A stretch of DNA of 64,000 nucleotides, taken from positions 2,816,001 to 2,880,000 of the forward strand of contig OY762897.2 of assembly GCA_963666515.2 (NCBI GenBank). The letters are read 5' to 3'. Numbering within the stretch: position 1 is the first letter of the stretch; each line of letters starts with the position of its first letter. The notes beneath the pieces are model-generated. The model saw only the letters and a list, made by a program, of their open reading frames with translations. It was not told the DNA's origin and did not search any database. Source of the stretch: Candidatus Binatia bacterium. GTDB lineage: Bacteria > Desulfobacterota > Binatia > UBA9968 > JAJDTQ01. Shown here piece by piece: positions 39,720 through 49,615 of the stretch. Made by a program: the position numbers and the translations under genes.

Positions 39720-41186
39720 ATGTCCGAAACCGCTACGATGGAAGCCAGGCTGCCTTATCACGACCTCCGCGAATGGATGGCCCGGGCCGAGGCCCTGGGC
39801 GAGTTGCGCACCGTCACGGGCGCGAGCTGGGAGGAAGACATCGGGCTGGCCGCGGACGCGGTGATCCGGGAAGACGACGGGCCGGCGGTGCTCTTCGACG
39901 AGGTGCCCGGCTGTCCCAAGGGGTTCCGTGTCCTGATCAACACGTTCGCCGGCAAGCGCCGCAACATGACGCTGGGGTTTCCCGAACACCTCACCAAGCA
40001 GGAGCTGAGCCAGGCCTTCTTCGACCACTACATCAAGGTGCAGCGGCGGCTGCCGCACGTGGTGGTGGACGACGGGCCGGTGTTCGAGAACGTCCTCACC
40101 GGCGACGACATCGACGTCATGAAGTTTCCCACCCCCAAGTGGCACGCGGACGACGGCGGACGCTACATCGGCACCGGCTGCTTCTGCGTGACCATCGACC
40201 CGGAGGAGCGCTGGATCAACGTCGGCACCTACCGGGCCATGGTGCAGGACCGGAAGTCGGTGAGCCTGCTGTTCGTGCCCGGCAAGCACGCCTACATGCA
40301 CCGCAAGAAGTACTTCGACAAGGGCCAGCCCATGCCGGTGGCCCTGGTGGTGGGCAGCGACCCCATGTCGTTCTTCGTGGGGGGCACGGAGTTCCCCTAC
40401 GGCGTGTGCGAGTTCGACGTCGTCGGCGGGCTGCGCGGCGCCCCGGTGGAGGTGGTGCAGGGCAAGGTCACGGGGCTGCCTTTTCCCGCCAACGCCGAGA
40501 TCGTGCTGGAAGGCTTCCTGACACAGGACAAGCGCGCGGTGGAGGGGCCGTTCGGGGAGTGGACCGGCTACTATGCCGGCGGCGCCAGCGAGCAGCCCAC
40601 CCTGGACATCCGCGCCATCTACCACCGCAACGACCCCGTCATCCTGGGGGTGCCGCCGCTGGGGGCCGGACCCGACGAGATGGCCCGCTACCGCGCCATC
40701 ATGCGCTCGGCCATGCTCAAGCAGGAGCTGGCCAACGCCGGGGTTCCGGACGTGACCCAGGTGTGGTGCCACGAGGTCGGCGCCTCGCGCCTGCTGCACG
40801 GCATCGGCATCAGGCAGCGCTATCCCGGCCACGCCCGGCAGGCGGGCACGCTGGCCTCCACCTGCGGATCGGTGGTGTACGGCTGCAAGTTCGTCATCGT
40901 GGTGGACGACGACATCGACGTCTCCAACCTCGACCAGTTGATCTGGGCCATGCTCACCCGGTGCGACCCGGAAACCTCCATCGAGATCCTGCGCAAGATG
41001 CGCACCTCCCCCGCCGACCCGCGGGTCACGCCCGAGCAGCGCAGGACCCACGACATCACCAACTCCCGCGTCATCGTCGACGCCTGCCGTCCCTTCGAGT
41101 GGTTCGACAAGTATCCCAAGGTCAACGCGCCCAGCCCCGAGGTGGTCCGCAAGGCCCATGAGAAATTCGGCTACCTGCTGGAGTGA
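39720..41186 (+). CDS. UbiD-family prFMN-dependent (de)carboxylase
   Basis: DLREW, DGGRYI, NVGTYR, EGPFGEWTGYY, VDDDID and WAMLTR motifs. Confidence 0.92.
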   Translation: MSETATMEARLPYHDLREWMARAEALGELRTVTGASWEEDIGLAADAVIREDDGPAVLFDEVPGCPKGFRVLINTFAGKRRNMTLGFPEHLTKQELSQAFFDHYIKVQRRLPHVVVDDGPVFENVLTGDDIDVMKFPTPKWHADDGGRYIGTGCFCVTIDPEERWINVGTYRAMVQDRKSVSLLFVPGKHAYMHRKKYFDKGQPMPVALVVGSDPMSFFVGGTEFPYGVCEFDVVGGLRGAPVEVVQGKVTGLPFPANAEIVLEGFLTQDKRAVEGPFGEWTGYYAGGASEQPTLDIRAIYHRNDPVILGVPPLGAGPDEMARYRAIMRSAMLKQELANAGVPDVTQVWCHEVGASRLLHGIGIRQRYPGHARQAGTLASTCGSVVYGCKFVIVVDDDIDVSNLDQLIWAMLTRCDPETSIEILRKMRTSPADPRVTPEQRRTHDITNSRVIVDACRPFEWFDKYPKVNAPSPEVVRKAHEKFGYLLE

Positions 41187-41231
41187 GCGCGGCCGCCAGC
41201 GCCCCGTCCGGTTCATTGGGACACTGGACGA

Positions 41232-41780
41232 GTGACTCCCGGCGCCACACGTTTTGCCCAGGCCGCGCTGCTGGGGGACTCCGACGCCTCCTACGACAAC
41301 TTGGCGCTGGCCGAGGACGCCGGCGAGATGCTCGCGCGGCGCGGCGTCACCCTGATCACCGGCGGCCGGGGCGGAGTCATGGAAGCGGCCTGCCGGGGCG
41401 CCGCGCGGGCCGGCGGCCTCACCGTGGGGATCACCCCCGGCACCGACACGAGAGCGGCCAACCCCTGGTGCGACATCGTCCTGCCGACCGGCCTGGGCCA
41501 TGCGCGGAACGCCCTGACGGCTCTGGCCGGCGACTTCGTCGTGGCGGTGGGCGGCGGCGCCGGCACCCTCTCCGAGCTGTGCTTCGCGTGGATGCACGGA
41601 CGGCCCATCTACGTGTTGCAGGGATCGGGCGGTTGGTCCGGCCGCCTCGCCGGCGGCGCGCTGGACCACCGCGCCTCATCGGTGATCGTCGACTGTGACG
41701 GCGTCGACGCGCTGGAGCGCGAAGTGGTGCGCTTCTGCGCCGAGCGGGACCTGAGGATACGGGAGGCGGACACGGAATGA
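41232..41780 (+). CDS. SLOG/LOG-family (TIGR00725-like) nucleotide-binding protein
   Basis: ITGGRGGVMEAA, GLGHARN and GGGAGTLSE motifs. Confidence 0.85.
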   Translation: MTPGATRFAQAALLGDSDASYDNLALAEDAGEMLARRGVTLITGGRGGVMEAACRGAARAGGLTVGITPGTDTRAANPWCDIVLPTGLGHARNALTALAGDFVVAVGGGAGTLSELCFAWMHGRPIYVLQGSGGWSGRLAGGALDHRASSVIVDCDGVDALEREVVRFCAERDLRIREADTE

Positions 41781-41835
41781 CTTTGCCCCGCCCGTGCGTG
41801 TCCTCGCCAGAATTGGCCGGACACGACGCTGGTTC

Positions 41836-42909
41836 ATGAACGCGCGCTCACAGGCATGGTTCTGGCTCCTGGTGCTGGCCGCGGCGCTGCTGCTGGTCTG
41901 GCTGCTGAGCGCCATCCTGTTCCCCTTCGCGCTGGGCATCGCCCTTGCCTACGCCCTGGACCCGGCCGCCACGTGGCTGGAACGGCGCGGCTGCTCGCGC
42001 ACGGCCGCCACCGTGCTCATCGGCGCCGGCTTCTTCGGCGCCGGCCTGTCGGCGCTGCTGCTGCTCATCCCGCCGGTGGCGGAGCAGGCCGCGGACCTGC
42101 TCCAGCGGCTCCCGGCGCTGGTCTCCCGCCTCGTCCAGGCCATCGGGCCGCTGCTCGCCCGGGCGCTGAACGCCATCGGCGCCGACCAGCCGGAGGGACT
42201 GCACCAGACCATGGCCGGGAACCTTCAGCGGCTGACGAAGCTCGGACTGGGGCTGCTCCAGGGCCTGGTGAGCGGCGGCGCCGCGGTCGTCAACGTCGCC
42301 TCCCTTCTCACCATCACGCCCCTCACCACATTCTACATGCTCCGGCAGTGGCCCGGCATCGTGTCCACCGTCGACGGCTGGCTGCCGCGGGACCACGCCG
42401 GCACGGTGCGCGGCATCATGCGCGACATCGACGTGGTGCTCAAGGGTTTCCTCCACGGCTCGGTCATCATCTGCGCCGCGCTGGGGGCCTTCTACGGCGT
42501 GGCCCTCTCGCTGGCGGGACTGGACTACGGCCTCACCATCGGCCTCGTCACCGGCGCCCTCTCCTTCATCCCTTACGTGGGGACGATCTTCGGGCTGGTA
42601 TCGTCCGTCGGCGTCGCCTGCCTCCAGTTCTGGCCGGAATGGGTCCGCATCGCCCTGGTCCTGGGGATCTTCCTGGTGGGGCAGTTGCTGGCCGACTACG
42701 TGCTGACGCCGCGGGTCATGGGCAGCCGCATCGCCGTCCATCCCTTGTGGCTGATCTTCGGCCTGTTCGCCGGCGGCGCTCTCTTCGGCTTCGTCGGCAT
42801 GCTGCTCTCCGTCCCCGCCACCGCCGCCGCCGGCGTCCTCGCCCGCTTCTTCATCGGGCGCTACAAGGAATCGTCGCTGTACCGCGGCGCCGGCGGTGGA
42901 ACCCCGTAG
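41836..42909 (+). CDS. AI-2E/PerM-family transporter
   Basis: Multi-TM protein; FIPYVG, LTPRVMG, VHPLW and GFVGMLLSVP motifs. Confidence 0.85.
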   Translation: MNARSQAWFWLLVLAAALLLVWLLSAILFPFALGIALAYALDPAATWLERRGCSRTAATVLIGAGFFGAGLSALLLLIPPVAEQAADLLQRLPALVSRLVQAIGPLLARALNAIGADQPEGLHQTMAGNLQRLTKLGLGLLQGLVSGGAAVVNVASLLTITPLTTFYMLRQWPGIVSTVDGWLPRDHAGTVRGIMRDIDVVLKGFLHGSVIICAALGAFYGVALSLAGLDYGLTIGLVTGALSFIPYVGTIFGLVSSVGVACLQFWPEWVRIALVLGIFLVGQLLADYVLTPRVMGSRIAVHPLWLIFGLFAGGALFGFVGMLLSVPATAAAGVLARFFIGRYKESSLYRGAGGGTP

Positions 42910-42932
42910 GGGCGACCGCCGGTCGCCCCTGC
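42906..42932. repeat. GTAG-type REP palindrome
   Basis: gtaggggcgacc-gcc-ggtcgcccctgc; a related copy lies at 49575. Confidence 0.7.
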
Positions 42933-42996
42933 ACAGACAGGCCGCAAACCCGGTTTCGGCCGGCTCTGCGTCATCGATGTCTCAGCACGCCGCGCC

Positions 42997-43764
42997 TCAC
43001 AGGGTCAGCTTGCGCCGCATGAGGCGCGCCGAATAGGCCACCAGCACGGTGGAGACGCCCAGGATGTAGGCCACGTCCCAGAGCAGCGCGGGTGAGGCCG
43101 GGCCGAAGAACGCGGCGCGCGCGAGCCGCACGGGATGGAGCAGGGGCAGGCACTCGGCCACCCAGAGCCAGGACGCCGACAGGCGCTCCTCCAGTGGGAA
43201 GAACACCGACGAGAAGAGGAACAGCGGCGTGAGGAACAGGGTGAAGTAGAAGCTGTACAGCTCGATGGTGCCGATGCGCAGGGTGAAGGCCAGTCCGATG
43301 GCGGAGAAGAGGAGGCCCGTCAGGGGTATCACGGGCACCACCCAGAGCGCCTGCGGCAGCGGCGCCAGCCCGGCCGCGGCCACCACCAGCGCGAAGCACA
43401 GGCCGTAGACGCACGACCGGGTCATGGACCACAGCAGCTCACCGGCCACCACGTCCACCGGTTGTATGGGCGTGGTCAGCATGGCGTCGTAGGCCTTCTC
43501 GATGTTCATACGCACGAAGATGTTGTAGGTGACCTCGAAGCTCGCGCCGTTCATGGCGGCGACGCACACGAGCCCCGGTGCCAGGAACTGGATGTAGGAG
43601 GTGCCGCCCATGGTGGTGATGTAGGCGCCGAGGCCCACGCCGAGGGACACCAGGTAGAGCACCGGCTCGAAGAAGTTGGGCAGGATGTTCCATCTCCAGG
43701 TCCGGCGGTACATGGAAGCGTTGCGGCGCCACACCGACAGGGCGTACCGCCAGGAGAGGGTCAC
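42997..43764 (-). CDS. ABC-2 exporter permease (NodJ-like)
   Basis: GTG 43764 overlaps the ATPase stop; EPVLYL, FLAPGL and TPLFLFSSVFFP motifs. Confidence 0.85.
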   Translation of the reverse strand: MTLSWRYALSVWRRNASMYRRTWRWNILPNFFEPVLYLVSLGVGLGAYITTMGGTSYIQFLAPGLVCVAAMNGASFEVTYNIFVRMNIEKAYDAMLTTPIQPVDVVAGELLWSMTRSCVYGLCFALVVAAAGLAPLPQALWVVPVIPLTGLLFSAIGLAFTLRIGTIELYSFYFTLFLTPLFLFSSVFFPLEERLSASWLWVAECLPLLHPVRLARAAFFGPASPALLWDVAYILGVSTVLVAYSARLMRRKLTL

Positions 43765-44684
43765 CGGTTGTCCTCGAGGCTGGTGCCGGTGAGAGTCAGG
43801 AACACGTCCTCCAGGTCGGTGGGCCGCACCGCCATGACGCTGGCGCCGATGCCGGGCAGGCGCCTGATCCGGTCCAGCAGCACGGCGGGGTCGTCCAGGT
43901 AGACCATGGTGCGGTTCCCCAGCCGGCACCGGGGCGGGCTCTCGCCCAGACCTCGCAGCAGCGCGTACTCCTGCGCCGGGGTCGCCTCGACCTCCACCGC
44001 CTGCCGGGCCAAGTAGCGCCCGATCAACTCCTCGGGCGCGCCCTGGGCGATGACGTCGCCGGCGGACATGATGGCGACGGTGTCGCACAGCCGCTGGGCC
44101 TCGTCCATGTAGTGGGTGGTCAGGAGCACGGTGGCGCCGGCGCGCCGCAACTCCCGCACCCGCGCCCACAAGCCGAGCCGCACCGCGGGGTCGAGCCCGG
44201 TGGTGGGCTCGTCCAGGATCAGCAGCTCCGGGCGGTTCATCAGCGACAGGGCCACCGCCAGCCGGCGCTGGTAGCCGCCGGACAGCTTGTCCACCGGCAC
44301 GTCCGCGTGGGAGCGCAGCTCCATGAAGTCGATGAGCTCTTCCACCCGTTGCGCCAGCCCGGCGCCGTCCATGAGGTGATACCGTCCGAAGATGGTGAGG
44401 TTGGCCCGGGGCGACAGGGTCTCGATGAGGACGTTCTGCTGGAGCGTGACGCCCAACCGCCGGCGCACCGCGCGCACGTTGCGCGACACGTCCATGCCGA
44501 ACACGCGGACGTGGCCGCTGGTGGGCAGGGTGACGCCGTAGACCATGCGCAGGGTCGTGGTCTTGCCGGCGCCGTTGGGACCCAGGAGGCCGAAGCAGAC
44601 GCCTTCGGGAACGTTCAGGGTGAGGCCGTCCACGGCCACCCGCTCGCCGAAGCGCTTGGTGACGCCCGAGACTTCAACGATCAC
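43761..44684 (-). CDS. ABC exporter ATPase (NodI-like)
   Basis: GPNGAGKTT, LSGG, LDEPT and TTHYMDEA motifs. Confidence 0.9.
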   Translation of the reverse strand: MIVEVSGVTKRFGERVAVDGLTLNVPEGVCFGLLGPNGAGKTTTLRMVYGVTLPTSGHVRVFGMDVSRNVRAVRRRLGVTLQQNVLIETLSPRANLTIFGRYHLMDGAGLAQRVEELIDFMELRSHADVPVDKLSGGYQRRLAVALSLMNRPELLILDEPTTGLDPAVRLGLWARVRELRRAGATVLLTTHYMDEAQRLCDTVAIMSAGDVIAQGAPEELIGRYLARQAVEVEATPAQEYALLRGLGESPPRCRLGNRTMVYLDDPAVLLDRIRRLPGIGASVMAVRPTDLEDVFLTLTGTSLEDNR

Positions 44685-44729
44685 GTGCGCTGGCCGTGGC
44701 TGGAGGGCGGAGCATGCGCGGAAACGGCG

Positions 44730-45794
44730 TCAGTTGAGGCCGTAGAAGCGCCGCGCGTTGTCGCCCAGCACGGCCGCCTTGTGCGCTTCCGAAAGCTCGG
44801 TGTGGCTGCGCGTCTCCTCGATCATCTTCCGCGCCGCGGGCAGGTCCACCTCGTGGGGATAATCCGAGGAGTAAGCGAACGGCTCGATGCCCACGCGCCC
44901 GGCCAGGTACGGCAGGCTCACGTCGTTGCCCTCGCAGCCGATGAGGACTTGGCCGCTGGCGATGTACTCGGGCAGCGGCTTGCAGGAGAGCCCCTCCAGC
45001 TCGGCGTCCCGTTCCATGCGGTCGGCGATGCAGGTGAGCCAGGCGCATCCCCCTTCCAGGAACGCCACCTTGAGGGTCGGGTAGCGGTCGAACCAGCCGT
45101 GGTAGATGAACGACACCAGCGCGATCATCAGCGGAATCGGGTGGTGCAGCAGGCGGGAGCCCAGGCGGCTGGTGAACGAGTCCATGCCCACGCCGCGGTT
45201 GGAGCCGCCGTGAATGCCCAGCACGCAGCCGAGGTCCGCGGCCTCCTCGTAGACCGGCGCGAAGAACTCGTGGCCCAGGTTCAGCTCCAGGCCGGTGGAG
45301 GGGAGCGTGCCGCCCAGGAGCCCCAGCTCCTTCACGCACCGGCGCAGCTCCGCGGCCGCGGCCTTGGGGTCCTGCATGGGCAGCAGCGCGATGGGGTGCA
45401 GCCGCTTGCTGATGCCGCGGTAGCGCTCGGTGACGTAGTCGTTGTAGGCGCGGCACACCTTGACCGCGTAGCTCGGCTGCTGGATGAAGCCCATGGACAG
45501 CCCCTCGGTGGCGTACAGGACCGAGTCGGTGATCTCGGCCTTCTTGACGAACTCGAAGATGTCCTCGCCCGACCCCGTGCGCTCGTCGCTGGCCCTGACC
45601 GGATGGACGCGGCTCTCCGCGGTCATCTCCTCGGTCTCCGGGTAGTGCATGCCGTCGATGGACGGGAACACGCCGGCCCGGTTCCGGGGCGGATTCAACG
45701 CGTAGTCCCTGGCATCCGGGACCATGTACTCGGCCATCTCGGGTATGGACTCGATCAGGTGGCCGTCGGCGTCGACAACGGAAATCTCGCTCAT
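44730..45794 (-). CDS. Amidohydrolase_2 family metalloenzyme
   Basis: DADGH, YNDY, IHG, FLEGG, SSDYPH and NARRFY motifs. Confidence 0.85.
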   Translation of the reverse strand: MSEISVVDADGHLIESIPEMAEYMVPDARDYALNPPRNRAGVFPSIDGMHYPETEEMTAESRVHPVRASDERTGSGEDIFEFVKKAEITDSVLYATEGLSMGFIQQPSYAVKVCRAYNDYVTERYRGISKRLHPIALLPMQDPKAAAAELRRCVKELGLLGGTLPSTGLELNLGHEFFAPVYEEAADLGCVLGIHGGSNRGVGMDSFTSRLGSRLLHHPIPLMIALVSFIYHGWFDRYPTLKVAFLEGGCAWLTCIADRMERDAELEGLSCKPLPEYIASGQVLIGCEGNDVSLPYLAGRVGIEPFAYSSDYPHEVDLPAARKMIEETRSHTELSEAHKAAVLGDNARRFYGLN

Positions 45795-45854
45795 GTCAAA
45801 CCTCCCGTGTGGTCAGGGTTCGGAGATTGGCCTAACACCCGCGCGCCGTTCAGG

Positions 45855-47069
45855 TCAACCGTCCCGCCGGAACCTGAGCGGGAACACGATGCACGCGCCC
45901 GCCAGCAGGCAGACACCGGGGAAGAAGAAGGCCGCCATGATGCCGAAGCGTCCGATAAGATATCCCGCCAGCGTGGGCGCGGGCACCACCAGGATGTGGG
46001 TGCCCAGGGAAACCAGCCCGAAGGAGGACGCCTGGCTGCCCTTTCCCGCCACGTCGAGGGCCGCGGCCGTCGTCACGTTGGCCACCGTGTAGAAGAGAAA
46101 CCCGATGGCGACGACCACAACTGCCAGCGCCACTCCCGCCGCCGCCCATTGCAGGAGGAAGTACACCAGCCCGAGGAGGAGCAACGAAGGGGCCAGCACC
46201 GCCTTGCGCCCCAGCCGGTCCGACAGGACGCCCATCACCGGCTGGGCCACGAGACCGGACACGCTCATGATCATGAGATAGACGCCCATTCCGAAATCGG
46301 CGTAACCCAGGTACTCGACGAGGTAGATGGGCAGGAACGTCATGGTGACCTGGCGCGCGATCTGGTTGAAGCTTCGGACCAGCATCAGCACCAGCACGAC
46401 CGGATTCCGCGCCAGCTCCTTGATCTCCTGAAACGGTTTCGGTTTCTTCGCCGGGACCTCGTCCCCTTCGAACATGCGCGCGGCATAGATCCACACCAGC
46501 CCCGCAGCAGCGAGCCCCACCAGGAACTGGCTCTCCATCACCCGTTGCCATGCGAAGTTCTCCAGCAGGAGGCCCATGGCCGGCGGGGTCAGGGTGTTGC
46601 CCAAGGTGGCGCCCATGCCGTAGACCCCGATGACCGTGGCCCGGTTCTCCGGGAACTGGTTCGACAGCGAGGCCACCGACGCCGGATGGAACAGCGTGGT
46701 TCCCGCGGCCAGGAGCGCGACGGCCAGCATCCACCACCAGTAGCCGGACAGCGCCCCGAACACCCAGTAGCAGAGCCCCATGCACACCAGCGATGAGGTC
46801 ACGATGAGAGCGCGCTGGCGCACCCAGGTGTCCGCGAGCATTCCCGACGGCACGTCCAGCGCGGCCTGCGCGAACATCCGCATGGAGGCGAGACCGCCCA
46901 ACTGCACGTCGGTGAGACCCACGTTCGACTTGAGGGTCGGCCCGAGCACGGGCAGTATCTGCATGAACCAGTGGATAGCGACGTGGGCCAGAGTGATGAA
47001 ACCCAGGAGCCTGAGGCGCTGACGGCCTACCTGGGCCGCCAGAGAGCGAAGTGGTTCAAGCGTCTTCAT
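45855..47069 (-). CDS. MFS transporter
   Basis: ~12 TM segments; GVLSDRLGRK motif A. Confidence 0.85.
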   Translation of the reverse strand: MKTLEPLRSLAAQVGRQRLRLLGFITLAHVAIHWFMQILPVLGPTLKSNVGLTDVQLGGLASMRMFAQAALDVPSGMLADTWVRQRALIVTSSLVCMGLCYWVFGALSGYWWWMLAVALLAAGTTLFHPASVASLSNQFPENRATVIGVYGMGATLGNTLTPPAMGLLLENFAWQRVMESQFLVGLAAAGLVWIYAARMFEGDEVPAKKPKPFQEIKELARNPVVLVLMLVRSFNQIARQVTMTFLPIYLVEYLGYADFGMGVYLMIMSVSGLVAQPVMGVLSDRLGRKAVLAPSLLLLGLVYFLLQWAAAGVALAVVVVAIGFLFYTVANVTTAAALDVAGKGSQASSFGLVSLGTHILVVPAPTLAGYLIGRFGIMAAFFFPGVCLLAGACIVFPLRFRRDG

Positions 47070-47077
47070 GGAGGAGG

Positions 47078-48556
47078 CTACCCCGCTCCGTTGACCCCGC
47101 GGGCCTGGAGCACGAGCCGGGTCTTCATGTCGTGCAGCCGGGCTTCGAGGCCCACCGGATATTCATGCGGGTTCACCCTGCGCTTGATGCTGTTGTGGAA
47201 GCCCGCCAGCTCGGCCTGGGCGCGCTCCCGGGCCGCGTGCACCGACGGCACTTCGTAGACCAGCTCGCCTGCGCGGAACACCGGCACCAGCAGGTCCTCG
47301 AACCCGGTGCCGCCGGAGACGTGCTTCCTGCGAGTCATGTTCATGGGATCGACGATGGTGCAGCCGTCGCCGATGCCCAGGGTCTCGTCGTAGACGGCGT
47401 CCGCCACGAAGCGGTCGCCCTGGCGGAAACGCCGCGCCTGGAGGATGCCCGGCGTCGACACCTTGATGGCCTGCTCCGAGAGCTTCACCTTGTTGATCCA
47501 CCCATCTCCTTCGGAGCGGACGCACGACAGCTTGTAGACGCCGCCCAGGGCGGGCTGGTCGTAGCCGGTGGCGAGCTTGGTGCCGACGCCCCAGACGTTG
47601 ATGCGGGCGCCCTCCTCCTTGAGCGAGGCGATCACGTGCTCGTCGAGGTCGTTGCTGCCGACGATGACCGCGTCCGGGAAGCCGCCCTGGTCCAGGATCT
47701 GGCGCGCCTCGATGCTGAGGAACGCCAGGTCGCCGGAGTCCAGCCGGATGCCCACCATCTCGTGGCCCCGCTCCCGCAGCTTGCGGCCGATCTCCACGGC
47801 CCTGCGGACGCCGTTGAGGCTGTCGAACGTGTCCACCAGCAGGAGACAGTTGTTGGGCATGGCGTCGGCGTAGGTCTCGAACGCCTCCATCTCGTCGTCG
47901 AACGACAGCACCCAACTGTGGGCGTGGGTGCCCTTCACCGGGATGTCGAAGAGCTTGCCGGCGAGGGCGTTGGAGGTCCCGGCGCAGCCGCCCACGTAGG
48001 CCGCCCGGCTGGCCGCGAGCGCGCCGTCGAACCCCTGCGCCCTTCTCAGCCCGAACTCCAGCACCGGCTCGCCGCGGGCGGACTGGCACACCCGCGCCGC
48101 CTTGGTGGCGATGAGCGTCTGGAAGCAGATGATGTTGAGCAGCACCGTCTCCAGGATCTGGCCCTGCAGGATGGGACCCCGGATCCGCACCAGCGGCTCG
48201 TGGGGGAACACCACCGTCCCCTCGGGAATGGCGTCCACGTCGCAGGCGAAGCGGCAGTCCCGCAGGTAGTCCAGGAAGCCGTCCTCGAACAGCGGCTTGC
48301 CGTCGTTGCCGCGGAGCTGCGCCAGGTAGTCGAGGTCGCTTGCGTCGAAGCCGAACCGCGTCAGCACCCCGACCACGTGCCCGAGGCCGCAACCCACGGC
48401 GAACCCGCCGTGGTAGGGGTTCTCGCGGAAGGAGAGGTGGAACACGGCCTCCTTCTGCGCGGTCCCGGACTTCCAGTAGGCGTAGGCCATGGTGAGCTGG
48501 TAGAGGTCCGTCAGCAGCGCCAGGGAGTTGTTGTAGAGCTGTTCGAGGGTATGCAT
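47078..48556 (-). CDS. pncB: Nicotinate phosphoribosyltransferase
   Basis: LLTDLYQLTM, EFGLRRAQG, GTHAHS, IRLDSGD and GVYKL motifs. Confidence 0.93.
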   Translation of the reverse strand: MHTLEQLYNNSLALLTDLYQLTMAYAYWKSGTAQKEAVFHLSFRENPYHGGFAVGCGLGHVVGVLTRFGFDASDLDYLAQLRGNDGKPLFEDGFLDYLRDCRFACDVDAIPEGTVVFPHEPLVRIRGPILQGQILETVLLNIICFQTLIATKAARVCQSARGEPVLEFGLRRAQGFDGALAASRAAYVGGCAGTSNALAGKLFDIPVKGTHAHSWVLSFDDEMEAFETYADAMPNNCLLLVDTFDSLNGVRRAVEIGRKLRERGHEMVGIRLDSGDLAFLSIEARQILDQGGFPDAVIVGSNDLDEHVIASLKEEGARINVWGVGTKLATGYDQPALGGVYKLSCVRSEGDGWINKVKLSEQAIKVSTPGILQARRFRQGDRFVADAVYDETLGIGDGCTIVDPMNMTRRKHVSGGTGFEDLLVPVFRAGELVYEVPSVHAARERAQAELAGFHNSIKRRVNPHEYPVGLEARLHDMKTRLVLQARGVNGAG

Positions 48557-48733
48557 GCCGGAGCGCTTGAAAGTGTCGAGGGGAGATCAACGGCAAGTCT
48601 AGGTGCTGGCGCGCCGGTAATCAAGCGGCCCCGGGACATCGGTTGCGCCCACCGCCCGATTGTTACACAATCGGCTGCACGCTTCCGCATACATGCGGTC
48701 CGGGCGCATCGGACGAGACCGGGGAGTTCCATC

Positions 48734-49498
48734 GTGGCGAAGAGAAGTGAACAGATCCTGCACGACGGCGAAGCGGCCAGGCAGGCGCGCCTGGACCTCG
48801 CCGCCGCCTACCGGCTGGCAGTCCGGTTCGGTTTTCACGAGGCCATCGACAACCACTTCAGCCTGCTGCTGCCCGGACGGGACGACCTGATGCTGCTGAA
48901 CCCCTATCCGCTCCACTGGTCGGAGATAACGGCCGGCAACCTCCTTCTCACGGACTTCCAGGGCAACCGGCTGGAGGGCTCGCACGAGGTGGAGCCCACC
49001 GCGCTCCACATCCACGCACCCCTTCACCAGGCCAACCCCAGGGGCTTCCGCTGTCTCCTGCACACCCACATGCCATACGCCAGCGCCATCGCCTGCCGCC
49101 AGGGCGGACGCCTGGAGATGGTGCACCAGGTGAGCAGCCGGTTCGACGGCGACGTCGCCTACCTCGAAGACTACAACGGACTCGTGCTCGACCGCACGGA
49201 AGGCAACCGCATCGCGCGGGTGATGGGCGACAAGAACGTGCTCTTCATGGCCAATCACGGCGTCATCACCGCCGGCAGGACCGTCGCGGAAGCCTTCGAC
49301 CGGCTCTACTTCCTGGAACGCGCCTGCAAGGTGCAGGTGCTGGCGGAGATGGGCGGACATCCGCTCCAGCGCATCACGCACGAGACCGCCGACCTGCTCA
49401 GGCGCCAAAGGGGCCAGGGCGAGAACCTGGCCGCCGAGCGCCACTTCGCCGCCCTGAAGCGCATCCTGGACCGCGAAGAGCCCGACTACGCGAGTTAG
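48734..49498 (+). CDS. Class II aldolase/adducin-family protein
   Basis: GTG 48734; NHFS, IH, HTH and NHG Zn motifs. The upstream part of ORF 47051 is a shadow of pncB. Confidence 0.85.
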   Translation: MAKRSEQILHDGEAARQARLDLAAAYRLAVRFGFHEAIDNHFSLLLPGRDDLMLLNPYPLHWSEITAGNLLLTDFQGNRLEGSHEVEPTALHIHAPLHQANPRGFRCLLHTHMPYASAIACRQGGRLEMVHQVSSRFDGDVAYLEDYNGLVLDRTEGNRIARVMGDKNVLFMANHGVITAGRTVAEAFDRLYFLERACKVQVLAEMGGHPLQRITHETADLLRRQRGQGENLAAERHFAALKRILDREEPDYAS

Positions 49499-49534
49499 CC
49501 TCCTGGGACCCGTGTCCAAGTAGTCGAACTGCAG

Positions 49535-49598
49535 GGGCGACTGCGGGGGCGACCCGCGGTCTACATGGGCGACTGTAGGGGCGACCCGCGGTCGCCCT
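49535..49598. repeat. Tandem GTAG-REP-derived repeats
   Basis: 27-nt direct repeats at 49535 and 49567; complete palindrome gtaggggcgacccgcggtcgccct at 49575-49598, between convergent genes. Confidence 0.7.
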
Positions 49599-49615
49599 GG
49601 GTTCGAGCGGGCAGT

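Noticed and set aside
42997-44684. Nod-factor export (nodIJ)
   Set aside because: Family-level similarity only; no nodABC genes nearby.
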